DNA of 64,000 bases from Candidatus Cloacimonadales bacterium (GTDB lineage: Bacteria > Cloacimonadota > Cloacimonadia > Cloacimonadales > JAFGVF01). The position numbers and the translations under genes were made by a program. The first letter of the stretch is position 1; every line of letters begins with the position of its first letter. Positions 21,263 through 31,599 of the stretch are shown here, one piece after another. The notes under the pieces are model-generated. The model searched no databases and had not been told where the DNA came from. It was given only the letters and a program-made list of their open reading frames with translations. The stretch lies in assembly GCA_963663475.2 (NCBI GenBank), contig CAXXJV010000001.1, positions 832,001 through 896,000 on the forward strand, written 5' to 3'.

Positions 21263-24200
21263 ATGTTTTTATCAAAAATGTCAATAAATAGACCAGTCAT
21301 GACAACTATGTTCATTCTGGTATTTATCCTCTTTGGACTCTTAGCATTTACCAAAATGCCAATTGACCTTTTCCCTTCGGTTAACATTCCTTATGTGCTT
21401 GTTACTACCGTATATCCAGGAGCAGGTCCAAGCGAGGTAGAAACTCAAGTAACAAATATAATTGAGGATGAGGTTGCTACTATCAGTGGATTAGATAATG
21501 TGCAATCCTACTCAATGGATAATGTATCAACTATAGTTTTAAAATTTGAATTGAGTAAAGACCCCAAGGAGGCTAATCAAGAGGTAAAGGATAAGATTAA
21601 TAAGATAATTAACAGATTGCCTTCTGATGCTGAGCAACCAACAATTGAGAAGATAGAGATGGATGCTTTCCCTGTTATTGATTTGGTCCTTACATCTAAT
21701 TCTCGCAGTGTATCAGCTATCGAGTTATTTGAGTTAGCTGATAATTCACTAAAAGATAGATTTGCCAAAATTGAAGGTGTTGCGAGAGTGGAAATCAATG
21801 GTGGAGAAGAGAGAGAAATTAGGGTTGAAACAAATAACAGAATCTTAAAATCTAATAATATCTCTTTATCACATATTAACAATATTATTACAATGAATAA
21901 CTATAATATAGCAGCTGGATACTTTACTAATAAGAATACTGAAGTGTCATTAACTACTAATGCTGAGTTTTCTTCTATAGAAGACTTACAGAACTTAGAG
22001 ATTCCTATTAATGGTGGTTCTAAGAAGTTAAAAGAAATTGCTAATGTATTTGATGGTAAGAAAGATATCAGAAGTATTTCTCGCTTCTTTGATAACATGC
22101 AGAAAAGTCAATATGATAAAATGGTAAAGATTAGTTTGATTAAGAGTTCAGATGCTAATACAGTTGCTTTGGCAGAAGAGGTTACTAAAGCTCTTCCTGA
22201 ATTGAAAGAATCTATCCCTAGTAATATTGAATTAAAACTGGCTTATGACAACTCAGTCTTTATTCAATCATCAGTTAGTGACACAATTACTAACCTTATT
22301 TTAGGGGTGTTATTAACAGGATTAGTGCTTTTCTTATTCTTGCATGATTTACGTTCTACCTTCATTGTTGCCTTATCTATGCCAACATCTATTATCTCAT
22401 CCTTTATGGTAATGCAGGCAATGGGTTTCTCCTTTAATATGCTGTCATTAATGGGATTATCTACTGCTGTTGGTGTTCTAGTGTCAAACTCTATTGTGGT
22501 TCTTGAGAATATCTTTAGGCATAAATATATGGGAAATAGCAATAAGGAAGCAGCCTTGTCTGGATCTGGAGAAGTTACAACTGCTGTTATTGCTTCTACG
22601 GCTACTAACCTAGTTGTTTTCTTGCCTATTGCAGCTATGTCTTCCATGGCAGGACAGTTCTTTAAAGAGTTTGCTTTAACTGTCTCTATTGCTACTGTTT
22701 TCTCTTTAATAATGTCTTTTACTCTTACACCTATGCTAGCTTCTCTAATTTTACCTAAAGAAGAAAAGTTAGACTGGTTTGGTAGGATAATGGAGAAAAA
22801 CTTCAGATTATTTGAAGGTCTTTACAAAAAAGTTCTCACCTCAATTTTAAGCAATAGGGTTAAGCCAGTATTATTTGCTATTTTCATGACTCTCCTTCTC
22901 TTAGGAACCTTCATATTTGTTGCTCCTAAGCTTGGTTTTGAGTTTATGCCAGAATTTGACCAAGGTGACTTGTTAATTAATATTGAACTTCCTGAAGGAT
23001 CTGACCTTACACAAACTTCTCAGAAACTAGCAGAAGTTGAAAAAATTGTATTAACTCACCCAGAAGTTAAACATATTATCTCAACTGTTGGAAATAACAA
23101 TAGAACTAATGTTGCTAGTGCTGAAATCAAGTTAGTAGATCCTGAGTTTAGAAATATTACTACTTCTCAGATGAATCAGGTATTCATAAATGAAGTATCT
23201 CATATCACTAATGCTAAGATCTTCTGTAAAGGTTCACGTGGTGAAGATGGCGATAGCCCTATTCAATACTATCTAATCTCACCTGATAAAGACTATCTTG
23301 ACTCAATAGTACCTGAGTTAAATAAAAGAATGAAACAGATACCTGGTCTGATTAACTATAATGTATCTTTAAGAACTGGTAAACCTCAGCTTACCCTACT
23401 TCCTAAAAGAAAAGAAATTGCTGATGCAGGTTTGACAGCTTATGATTTAGCTATGGTGGTTAGAGGAGCTTCTGAAGGATTAACTTCAGCAGTTTATCGT
23501 GATCAAGGTGAAGAATATGATATTAGAGTAACAATGGATGATGAATTTGTCTCTACTCCAGAAGAAATCGGAGCTCTAATTATCAATGCTCCTAAGGGAC
23601 AGTTTACTGTATCACAACTAGCAGAGGTTGATTTAACCCAAACTACTAGTCAAATTACCCATAGAGACAAACTTCCTTCTCTAATAGTTACTGGGGAACC
23701 AGGAACTGGCTATCCATTAGCAAACGTAACTAATAAAGTTATGCAGGTGTTTGAGGAGATGGATTTACAAGATGTGGATGTTAAAGCTGGTGGTAATGCA
23801 GAAATGATGGATGAAACTAATAAGGATATGGCTCAAGCTTTCCTCCTAGCAATTATTTTAACTTATATGTTGCTAGCATCTATCTTGGAAAACTTTACCC
23901 AACCATTCCTAATTCTCACAACACTGCCTATGGCAACTATCGGAGTTTTCTGGCTCATGTTTGCTACAGGTACTACAATGAACCTCTTCTCTATGATGGC
24001 GATTATTATGCTTATTGGTCTAGTTGTTAATGATGCTATTTTGATTCTAGACTATACAAAACAGCTTATGGCTAAAGATAATCTATCTGCCAGAGAAGCC
24101 TTGCTTATTGCCTGTCCTATTAAGATGAAACCTATCTTAATGACAACTTCAGCAATTATTCTTGGTATGTTACCTATGGCCTTAGGTATTGGTTCTGCAG

Positions 24201-24328
24201 GTAAAGAGATGAGAATCCCAATGGCTATGGTACAGATTGGTGGTATGGCTACATCAACTATGCTTACCTTACTCTTAATCCCATCGTTATTTTTCTTAAC
24301 TCACTCTAAGAAAAAGAAAAGTAAATAA
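21263..24328 (+). CDS. RND efflux permease (AcrB family)
   Basis: 1021 aa; RPV, YPGA, VVLENI and PILMT motifs; 12-TM layout. Confidence 0.95.
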   Translation: MFLSKMSINRPVMTTMFILVFILFGLLAFTKMPIDLFPSVNIPYVLVTTVYPGAGPSEVETQVTNIIEDEVATISGLDNVQSYSMDNVSTIVLKFELSKDPKEANQEVKDKINKIINRLPSDAEQPTIEKIEMDAFPVIDLVLTSNSRSVSAIELFELADNSLKDRFAKIEGVARVEINGGEEREIRVETNNRILKSNNISLSHINNIITMNNYNIAAGYFTNKNTEVSLTTNAEFSSIEDLQNLEIPINGGSKKLKEIANVFDGKKDIRSISRFFDNMQKSQYDKMVKISLIKSSDANTVALAEEVTKALPELKESIPSNIELKLAYDNSVFIQSSVSDTITNLILGVLLTGLVLFLFLHDLRSTFIVALSMPTSIISSFMVMQAMGFSFNMLSLMGLSTAVGVLVSNSIVVLENIFRHKYMGNSNKEAALSGSGEVTTAVIASTATNLVVFLPIAAMSSMAGQFFKEFALTVSIATVFSLIMSFTLTPMLASLILPKEEKLDWFGRIMEKNFRLFEGLYKKVLTSILSNRVKPVLFAIFMTLLLLGTFIFVAPKLGFEFMPEFDQGDLLINIELPEGSDLTQTSQKLAEVEKIVLTHPEVKHIISTVGNNNRTNVASAEIKLVDPEFRNITTSQMNQVFINEVSHITNAKIFCKGSRGEDGDSPIQYYLISPDKDYLDSIVPELNKRMKQIPGLINYNVSLRTGKPQLTLLPKRKEIADAGLTAYDLAMVVRGASEGLTSAVYRDQGEEYDIRVTMDDEFVSTPEEIGALIINAPKGQFTVSQLAEVDLTQTTSQITHRDKLPSLIVTGEPGTGYPLANVTNKVMQVFEEMDLQDVDVKAGGNAEMMDETNKDMAQAFLLAIILTYMLLASILENFTQPFLILTTLPMATIGVFWLMFATGTTMNLFSMMAIIMLIGLVVNDAILILDYTKQLMAKDNLSAREALLIACPIKMKPILMTTSAIILGMLPMALGIGSAGKEMRIPMAMVQIGGMATSTMLTLLLIPSLFFLTHSKKKKSK

Positions 24329-24352
24329 ACTAAATAAACTAAATAATAAAAC

Positions 24353-24386
24353 AGCCGGTTAGTTATTGCTATCCGGCTTGTATTTT
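24353..24386 (+). terminator. Probable terminator after the RND operon
   Basis: AGCCGG...CCGGCT stem followed by a T-rich tract. Confidence 0.5.
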
Positions 24387-24397
24387 GGAAGTAAATT

Positions 24398-25276
24398 ATG
24401 AATAAAACTCAGCTATGTAATATCTGCCCTCATGCATGTAATGTTGATAGAATAGACAGCCTAGGCTACTGTCAAGCACCTGCTAAACTTAGATATAATC
24501 TAGCCCAGCTTCACTTTGGGGAAGAACCCTTCTTGGTTGGTGAATCAGGAAGTGGCACAATTTTCTTTTCTCACTGTAATCTGTCCTGTTCTTATTGCCA
24601 GAATTGGGAAATATCAGCCTTGGGGAGAGGGCAGGACCATAAGCCAGAAGACTTACTGGAAACAATGTTTTCTCTTAAAGACAAGGGGGCGGTCAATATT
24701 AATTTAGTTTCTCCAACTCCGTATAGTGACTTGCTAATCCCTATTTTGCAAGAGAGTAAAAAACAAGGACTTAATCTTCCAATTGTCTGGAATACTAATT
24801 CTTATGAATCTCTGGAGACTTTGAGAAAACTAGAAGGATTAGTTGATATTTACTTGGCAGATTTCCGCTATTGGTCTAATGAAAACTCTTTAATTTACTC
24901 AGGTGTTACTAATTACCGTCAGTTTGCTAGTCAAGCTATAAAGGAGATGGTAAGGCAGACAGGTCTACTTAAACTTGATGAAGGACTAGCTTGGATGGGA
25001 ACTTTAATCAGGATTCTAGTCCTGCCCAATAATATTACTGGCACAAAGTCTATATTACAGTGGATAGCTGATAACTTGGGTACTGATATGACCATAAGTC
25101 TAATGTCTCAATATTATCCTACCTATAAGAGCAAAGATTTCCCTGAGTTAAACAGGATTATTACTCCTGAAGAATATTCTCAAGCTGTTAAAGAATTAGA
25201 AAGATTAGGCTTTTCTAATTATCTCTTACAAGAACTAAACCCTTCTGCAGACTGGACTCCTGATTTTAACTTATAA
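24398..25276 (+). CDS. Radical SAM protein, PflX-like
   Basis: CNICPHAC N-terminus, HFGEEP, SGTIFFSHCNLSCSYCQN and DIYLADF motifs. Confidence 0.88.
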   Translation: MNKTQLCNICPHACNVDRIDSLGYCQAPAKLRYNLAQLHFGEEPFLVGESGSGTIFFSHCNLSCSYCQNWEISALGRGQDHKPEDLLETMFSLKDKGAVNINLVSPTPYSDLLIPILQESKKQGLNLPIVWNTNSYESLETLRKLEGLVDIYLADFRYWSNENSLIYSGVTNYRQFASQAIKEMVRQTGLLKLDEGLAWMGTLIRILVLPNNITGTKSILQWIADNLGTDMTISLMSQYYPTYKSKDFPELNRIITPEEYSQAVKELERLGFSNYLLQELNPSADWTPDFNL

Positions 25277-25277
25277 G

Positions 25278-25351
25278 ACCAAATCAGGCAGTAGATCTTT
25301 CGAATACGAGATTCTTTACTCATCTCGATAATTCTATTGCATCATTGGGAT
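25278..25351 (+). repeat. Mini copy of family-B repeat
   Basis: CCAAATCAGGCAGTAGATCTTT...AATTCTATTGCATCATTGGGAT keeps both terminal inverted repeats. Confidence 0.6.
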
Positions 25352-25473
25352 AAACAAGAGTAGTTTTTTATTTGCTACTTACCTGTAGTTAGTAGAAAAA
25401 ATATGATGTTTTATCACAGGTATTTACTTATAAGGCCCAATTTCTAGTTAGCTAGAAAAACTCAAAGATACCC

Positions 25474-25559
25474 TATTCATCCTTAATCCTTCCTTTACAG
25501 TCTTTCGATGAAACTTGGACTTTCATCGAAAGACTGTAAAGGAAGGAACAAGCATGCTA
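25474..25559. repeat. 86-bp palindromic element, family A, copy 2
   Basis: 27-bp perfect arms 25487-25513 and 25521-25547. Confidence 0.9.
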
Positions 25560-26147
25560 CAAGAAGGTGAAGAGATTCTCCACTAAATCAAGACCTCTTT
25601 TTTTACTAGAATGGTTAGTTAGGGTTTGCGAGAAAAGTAGAGATTATTCAGCAAAATAGGTTAGAGAGTTTGCCAGTGAGTAATATAAATATAATATGAA
25701 AAATCGACTGTATCTTTCAGTTTTAATCTTTGTTTACACCTGTAACTATTATATACATATAAGTGAGTAGTTTTTACACAAGAAACAAAATTAGCCATAT
25801 TTGTCTCTCTGCTTTTCATCTTCTTATTTATGCTTTTCGCAATAGCTTATGAGCATTTCAGTAGAAAGATTTTTAAAAAAAATCATTTGTGGAACTAACA
25901 ATGCATTAGTATATGATAAATGATCTTTGAAAAATAGATTTTATAAATAAGGATTAAACCTAGATAAGGATTAGAATTTGTGAGAAGAGTATTTTCTTTA
26001 GTAGTCTTCATTAAAGACTAGTCATTCATCTGGGCTAAAGCTCATAACTAAAACTTAGGTCTCTTGTCGAGTTTTAAGATAATAATAAAGTTTAAGAGCA
26101 TTCTATGTAGTCTGTAGGGAAAAAGGGCTAAAAATAGATATAATCCG

Positions 26148-26285
26148 TATTGGCATAACAATAATTGGGAATGTTCCTAAGTGAAAAAAGTTTTGGAGAA
26201 TTATCACTCACGCTACCTCCTCAAAATTAACATAAGTTAATTTCACTTGCCAACCCAAGCATCCCAATTATTGTTAATGTCAATA
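26148..26285. repeat. 138-bp inverted-repeat element (family C)
   Basis: Perfect 15-bp core TAACAATAATTGGGA / TCCCAATTATTGTTA, extending imperfectly to about 26 bp. Confidence 0.7.
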
Positions 26286-26300
26286 TTTTTTTACCTAAAA

Positions 26301-27200
26301 TTAGAGGTAGAAATAGGCGTATATGCTTATAAACAAAAGAGATAAAAGCAAAGAGAAGGAAACAATTGTCGCTGCAAATTCTCTATCTAAGTCTTCTAGT
26401 TCAGAAAAGATTAAGGTGTTAAAACCCACAGGAGCAGAAGCACAGATTAAAACAATATTAGAAATAGGATCATTTAAAGCAAGCAACTTAACAATTCCTA
26501 AACCCAAAAGGAAACCTAAGACCATTCTTAAGGAAATGACAGTCAAAGTCAATCTTACATTAGCAATTTTAGGGTGAAAGTAGATACCCAGAGCAAAGAT
26601 AATTAAAGGCATAGTAGGAGAACCGATATAATTTAAGATATCGATATGCAGAGAATTTAGATTAAAAGGTAAGAGATTTATTAGCAAACCAATAATGATT
26701 GCCCAGATAGGTGGGAGAGATAGCATTTTCTTAATAGGTAATTGGCCATTTTCATTTTTCCCAAATTTTATAGCTTGATAATAAGCAAAAAGATAAATCA
26801 TAAAAGAATTACCTAAATCAAAGAGTGAGTAATAACCAAAAGCATCTTTGCCAAAAAAAGCATAAATGAAGGTAGAAACAAATCCTGTATTAATAATTAA
26901 AGAGCCAATAAGAAAAGAACCTTTTCTCTCTCTAGGAATTTTAAGTCTTTTTACCAAATAAGAGGCAGGTAGAAAGGTGAGCAAAACTATAAAAATAGGT
27001 AAAATAATCAAATAGATAAGATTTAGATCAAGAGATAGATTAGCTAAAGATACTAAAGTTAAAGCAGGTAAGCTAATATTTAGAACTAGCTGCAAAAATC
27101 TATCAGCATCTTTTATGTTAAATATTCTTAATTTTTTACTAAGATATCCTAAGGAAAACATGATTAATACAGGTAAAATCTTGACAAAATATGGGGGCAT
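26301..27200 (-). CDS. AEC (auxin efflux carrier) family transporter
   Basis: About 10 transmembrane helices; ISLPAL, NTGF, PPIWA and SAPVG motifs. Likely ATG at 27200 (track start 27284). Confidence 0.88.
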   Translation of the reverse strand: MPPYFVKILPVLIMFSLGYLSKKLRIFNIKDADRFLQLVLNISLPALTLVSLANLSLDLNLIYLIILPIFIVLLTFLPASYLVKRLKIPRERKGSFLIGSLIINTGFVSTFIYAFFGKDAFGYYSLFDLGNSFMIYLFAYYQAIKFGKNENGQLPIKKMLSLPPIWAIIIGLLINLLPFNLNSLHIDILNYIGSPTMPLIIFALGIYFHPKIANVRLTLTVISLRMVLGFLLGLGIVKLLALNDPISNIVLICASAPVGFNTLIFSELEDLDREFAATIVSFSLLLSLLFISIYAYFYL

Positions 27201-27222
27201 AGAAACTCCGAATAATTTATTG

Positions 27223-27251
27223 TTGACACCAGATAAACAGATCCACAGAAT
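27223..27251 (+). promoter_or_regulatory. Sigma70-type promoter of the decarboxylase operon
   Basis: TTGACA-N17-CAGAAT about 100 bp upstream of the carboxyltransferase start. Confidence 0.5.
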
Positions 27252-27350
27252 AAGTAAAGTTTTTTGTTTACAGGATTTGCACAATATTAATTTAGGCTAT
27301 ATAGAATTAGAAAAATATAATTATAATAAAAAGATGATCCCGGAGGATTA

Positions 27351-28901
27351 ATGAGTACAGAAAAACAGATTACTGAACTACGACTTAAACGATCCCAAGC
27401 TGAATTAGGTGGAGGGCAGAAAAGAATTGATGCTCAACACGCTAAGGGTAAGCTTACAGCTCGCGAAAGAGTCAATAATTTATTAGATCCAAATAGTTTT
27501 GAAGAGTTTGATCTTTTTGTTGAACACAATTGCCATGATTTTGGTATGGAAAAGAATATCATACCAGGAGATGGAGTTATAACAGGTTGTGGAACAATAA
27601 ATGGAAGATTAGTCTATATTTTTTCTCAAGACTTCACAGTATTAGGTGGTTCTTTATCAAAGACTTATGCTGAAAAGATCTGTAAGATTATGGATATGGC
27701 TATAAAAGTAGGAGCTCCTGTAATAGGACTAAATGATTCAGGTGGAGCAAGAATCCAAGAGGGAGTAGATGCTTTAGCTGGTTATGCAGAAATATTTTAC
27801 AGAAATGTTATGGCCTCAGGAGTTATTCCCCAAATTTCAGCAATTTTAGGTCCTTGTGCAGGTGGAGCAGTATATTCACCAGCAATAACAGATTTTGTTA
27901 TGATGGATAAAAAGAACTCCTATATGTTTGTTACAGGTCCTAAGGTGGTAAAGAGTGTTCTTAATCAAGATGTTACCGTTGATCAACTTGGTGGAGCAAT
28001 GGCTCACGCAACCAAGAGTGGTGTTACTCATTTCGTAACAGAAAATGAAGAGGAAACATTATTATTAATTAAGAAATTATTAAGTTATATCCCATCAAAT
28101 AACTTAGATGATCCTCCTTATATTCCTAATGCAGATCCGATCGATAGAGCTTGTGATAGACTTAATCAGTTAATTCCAGAAAACCCAAATAAGCCTTATG
28201 ATATGCTTGATGTTATTCATGAGCTAGCAGATGAGAATGAATTTTTAGAAGTATCTAGAAATTATGCTCAGAACATTATTGTTGGTTTTGCTAGATTTAA
28301 TGGTTACTCGGTAGGTATTGTAGCTAACCAACCTAAGGTTTTGGCTGGTGTGCTAGATATCAATGCTTCAGCTAAGGCAGCTAGATTTATTAGATTCTGT
28401 GATTCTTTCAATATCCCATTATTAGTCCTTGAAGATGTTCCAGGTTTCTTACCAGGACCTAACCAAGAGCACAATGGAATCATTAAACACGGTGCTAAAC
28501 TTCTTTACGCTTTCGCCGAAGCTACAGTACCAAAAATTACCCTTATCTTAAGAAAAGCTTACGGTGGTGCTTACTGTGTTATGAACAGTCGTCACATGCG
28601 AGCAGATATGGTATATGCTTGGCCATCAGCTGAGATTGCAGTTATGGGACCAGGTGGAGCTGTGGAAGTAATCTTTAGAAAAGAAGCAATGGCTTCAGAT
28701 GACCCTAAAGCAGCTCTTAAAAAGAGAGAGGATGAGTACAGAGATAAATTTGCTAATCCTTATAATGCTGCTAAGAAAGGTTATATTGATGATATTATTG
28801 AACCAAGTAGGTCAAGATTTAGAATTATCAGAACTTTAGAAATGTTGGCAAATAAGAAAGATTCAATTCCTCCACGTAAGCATGGAAATATTCCTTTATA
28901 G
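27351..28901 (+). CDS. mmdA: Acyl-CoA carboxyltransferase, alpha subunit of a Na+-translocating (methylmalonyl-CoA-like) decarboxylase
   Basis: [38 protein letters not shown] and KHGNIPL motifs; operon with delta, biotin-carrier and beta subunits. Confidence 0.88.
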   Translation: MSTEKQITELRLKRSQAELGGGQKRIDAQHAKGKLTARERVNNLLDPNSFEEFDLFVEHNCHDFGMEKNIIPGDGVITGCGTINGRLVYIFSQDFTVLGGSLSKTYAEKICKIMDMAIKVGAPVIGLNDSGGARIQEGVDALAGYAEIFYRNVMASGVIPQISAILGPCAGGAVYSPAITDFVMMDKKNSYMFVTGPKVVKSVLNQDVTVDQLGGAMAHATKSGVTHFVTENEEETLLLIKKLLSYIPSNNLDDPPYIPNADPIDRACDRLNQLIPENPNKPYDMLDVIHELADENEFLEVSRNYAQNIIVGFARFNGYSVGIVANQPKVLAGVLDINASAKAARFIRFCDSFNIPLLVLEDVPGFLPGPNQEHNGIIKHGAKLLYAFAEATVPKITLILRKAYGGAYCVMNSRHMRADMVYAWPSAEIAVMGPGGAVEVIFRKEAMASDDPKAALKKREDEYRDKFANPYNAAKKGYIDDIIEPSRSRFRIIRTLEMLANKKDSIPPRKHGNIPL

Positions 28902-28909
28902 GGGAAGAT

Positions 28910-29620
28910 ATGAAACACAGTAAAATAATATTAATCATCTTCCTTTTTCTGTTAGCATTTACTTGTTTGAATGCTGAAGAAGCTAAAGTTACTTTCAACA
29001 AGACAGGAAGAAAGGTTGAATTTACTATCAAGCAAGACTTCACGATGAAGGCAGTGGCTGATAGTATAAATATGCCAGTTAAGAAGCTCAAAGCTATGTT
29101 GGGCTCTGAGTTAATCAAGTACGGAGAGGACAATCCAGAATATGCTAAGTATAAATCGCAAAACAGAAAATGGGATGAACTTACTCTTTCTGAATTAGAT
29201 ATTGCTCCAACTTTAGTGGCAGAAAAGTTTGAAAAGTTTACTAAAGAAACTTTATCCTTCGGTTACAGTGTAACTTGGGTGGGGATTTTAGTTGTCTTCT
29301 GTAGTTTGCTTTTAATATCTGTTTTGATTAATCAATTCCAACATATTGAGAAAACCAAAGAGCTTAAAATAAAGAAGAAACCTGCAACTAAGACAGTTGC
29401 CAGTCCAGTAGGTAATATAACTGGTCCTGAATCTGCTATTAGTTCAAATGCTATTGTAGCAGTAATAGCTGCCTTACACAAACACAAATTATCAGTTGAA
29501 GAGAGGGTGAAAATTCAAATGACCTTCAGTAGAACTCCAGTTAATATGTGGAGTGCTTCAGCTAAGATGGATATGCCTAATAGAGTATATAATAAACCTA
29601 TTGATGGGAGTAAAAGATGA
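28910..29620 (+). CDS. OadG/MmdD-like subunit with extra N-terminal periplasmic domain
   Basis: Signal peptide, then TM segment GILVVFCSLLLI, AIVAVIAAL and a conserved distal Trp; operon position. Confidence 0.75.
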   Translation: MKHSKIILIIFLFLLAFTCLNAEEAKVTFNKTGRKVEFTIKQDFTMKAVADSINMPVKKLKAMLGSELIKYGEDNPEYAKYKSQNRKWDELTLSELDIAPTLVAEKFEKFTKETLSFGYSVTWVGILVVFCSLLLISVLINQFQHIEKTKELKIKKKPATKTVASPVGNITGPESAISSNAIVAVIAALHKHKLSVEERVKIQMTFSRTPVNMWSASAKMDMPNRVYNKPIDGSKR

Positions 29621-30342
29621 AATCATATAAAATGAAGATAAATGGTGAGACTTATGATGCAAGAATAATTTCCTTTGACTCAGAGAGTGCTAAAGTTGAG
29701 GTGAATGGAAATGTATTCTTAGTAGAGTTTGAAGATGATAATCAAAATATGATACCTAGGATTACTAGAACTTACAAGGAAGCTCCTGGAGCACCTCAGT
29801 TATCAGTAGATTATGCTGATGGAAGTGTAAAAGCTCCAATTCCTGGTGTCATTGTATCTATTAAAAAGAATGTTGGGGATAGAGTAGAAAAAGGCCAAGC
29901 TATTGTTATTCTTGAAGCAATGAAAATGGAATCTGAAATTGAAGCTCCAGCATGTGGTGTTATTGAAGAGATTCTAGTAAAAGAAAAGGCTGCAGTTCAC
30001 GAAGGTGATGTCCTTGTTAAAATTAAGTTTGATGCTGTTGAAGAAGCTCCTAAAGCTAAACCACAAGAAAGACAACATACTGCTAAGGCAGCCCCAATGC
30101 CTAGTCCAACACCTCGCCCTGCTGGTAATAATTCAATTACAGCACCTATTCCTGGAACCATCATAGATATCTTAGTTAAAGAAGGAGATAAAATTACTCC
30201 TGAAAAAGCTGTCATAATATTAGAAGCTATGAAAATGGAATCAGAAGTAACTTCAGACTTCGCCGGAACAGTCAAAAAAGTCCTTGTTAGTAAAGGTCAA
30301 GCTGTTCAAGAGGGTGAAGAGCTTATTCAATTAGGAGATTGA
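29617..30342 (+). CDS. Biotin carboxyl carrier protein with two biotinyl domains (MmdC-like)
   Basis: Two APIPG...LEAMKMESE domains joined by an Ala/Pro linker. Confidence 0.92.
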   Translation: MKSYKMKINGETYDARIISFDSESAKVEVNGNVFLVEFEDDNQNMIPRITRTYKEAPGAPQLSVDYADGSVKAPIPGVIVSIKKNVGDRVEKGQAIVILEAMKMESEIEAPACGVIEEILVKEKAAVHEGDVLVKIKFDAVEEAPKAKPQERQHTAKAAPMPSPTPRPAGNNSITAPIPGTIIDILVKEGDKITPEKAVIILEAMKMESEVTSDFAGTVKKVLVSKGQAVQEGEELIQLGD

Positions 30343-30344
30343 TA

Positions 30345-31472
30345 ATGGCTGAATTTATAAATTTCTTTGAAACTACAGGATTTTATAATATTAATTTTGG
30401 TTATGCCATGATGATAGTCATAGGATTAGTTTTCATCTATCTAGGTATTGCTAAACATTATGAACCCCTTCTTTTAGTACCTATTGGCTTTGGTATATTA
30501 ATAGGAAATATACCAGGTGTTGGTTTGCAAGGTCAGGGTGTGTACGATGAAGGTTCAGTATTATATTATCTTTATTTAGGTGTTAGTAAAGGTTATTATC
30601 CTCCACTAATTTTCTTAGGTATTGGAGCTATGACCGACTTCTCAACTCTCATTGCTAATCCTAAGTTGATTCTGATTGGAGCTGCTGCTCAAGCAGGTAT
30701 TTTTATTACCTTTATCGGCTCACTCTTGTTAGGATTTAACGTTATGGAAGCTGCCTCTATTGGTATAATTGGTGGTGCTGACGGACCTACTTCGATTTAT
30801 ATATCATCAAAGTTAGCTCCTCATTTATTAGGTGCAATTGCCATTGCTGCTTACTCTTATATGGCCCTTGTTCCTGTTATTCAACCTCCAATTATGAAAC
30901 TTCTTACTACTAAGAAAGAGAGACAAATTCATATGAAAACTCCACGTTTAGTAACTAAACAAGAAAAGATTATCTTTCCTATTGTCGGATTAATTGTTAC
31001 TTGTTTTATTGCTCCAGGTGGTATTGCTCTCTTGGCTATGCTCTTCTTTGGTAATTTACTTAAAGAATGTGGTGTGACAGAAAGATTAGCTGATACAGCT
31101 CGTAATGCTTTAATGAATATTATTACTATTCTTTTAGGTGTGACTGTTGGTGCTTCAACTGATGCTGGTAAATTCCTAAACTGGTCTTCTGTGAAGATCT
31201 TTATCTTAGGTGCCTTCTCTTTCTGTATTGCAACTGCTTTCGGTATTGTCTTTACCAAATTTATGAATTTATTCTTAAAAGAAAAAATAAACCCTCTTAT
31301 CGGAAATGCAGGTGTTTCAGCTGTTCCTGATTCAGCTCGTGTTTCTCAAATAGAAGGACAAAAATATAATAAACGTAACTTCTTACTTATGCATGCTATG
31401 GCACCTAATGTTGCTGGTGTTATCGGCTCAGCAGTTGCTGCCGGTGTGATGCTAGGTATCTTAGGTAATTAA
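30345..31472 (+). CDS. mmdB: Na+-translocating decarboxylase beta subunit
   Basis: EPLLLVPIGFG, IGIIGGADGPT, AAYSYMALVP and GVSAVP motifs; ATG 30345 after AGGAG. Confidence 0.92.
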   Translation: MAEFINFFETTGFYNINFGYAMMIVIGLVFIYLGIAKHYEPLLLVPIGFGILIGNIPGVGLQGQGVYDEGSVLYYLYLGVSKGYYPPLIFLGIGAMTDFSTLIANPKLILIGAAAQAGIFITFIGSLLLGFNVMEAASIGIIGGADGPTSIYISSKLAPHLLGAIAIAAYSYMALVPVIQPPIMKLLTTKKERQIHMKTPRLVTKQEKIIFPIVGLIVTCFIAPGGIALLAMLFFGNLLKECGVTERLADTARNALMNIITILLGVTVGASTDAGKFLNWSSVKIFILGAFSFCIATAFGIVFTKFMNLFLKEKINPLIGNAGVSAVPDSARVSQIEGQKYNKRNFLLMHAMAPNVAGVIGSAVAAGVMLGILGN

Positions 31473-31498
31473 TCAGAAATAATTACAAATGAAATATA

Positions 31499-31529
31499 AA
31501 TCCCCCATGGAGACATGGGGGATTCTTTT
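31499..31529 (+). terminator. Rho-independent terminator
   Basis: AATCCCCCATG-GAGA-CATGGGGGATT followed by CTTTT. Confidence 0.85.
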
Positions 31530-31530
31530 A

Positions 31531-31599
31531 GTCCAAATAATGCAGTAGATTTTTGAGAATATGCACTCTTATCTAAAGCTCTACTGTGTTATCTAGGTT
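31531..31599 (+). repeat. Mini copy of family-B repeat
   Basis: CCAAATAATGCAGTAGATTTTTGAGAAT...GCTCTACTGTGTTATCTAGGTT; both ends present, centre deleted. Confidence 0.7.

Noticed and set aside
24322-24347. TAAATAAAC short tandem repeat after the RND gene
   Set aside because: About 2.5 low-complexity units in AT-rich DNA with no sign of function.
21205-31258. Short antisense or out-of-frame ORFs inside the RND, PflX-like, AEC and decarboxylase genes (and similar ones elsewhere)
   Set aside because: They overlap well-supported genes and have no RBS or recognisable motifs.
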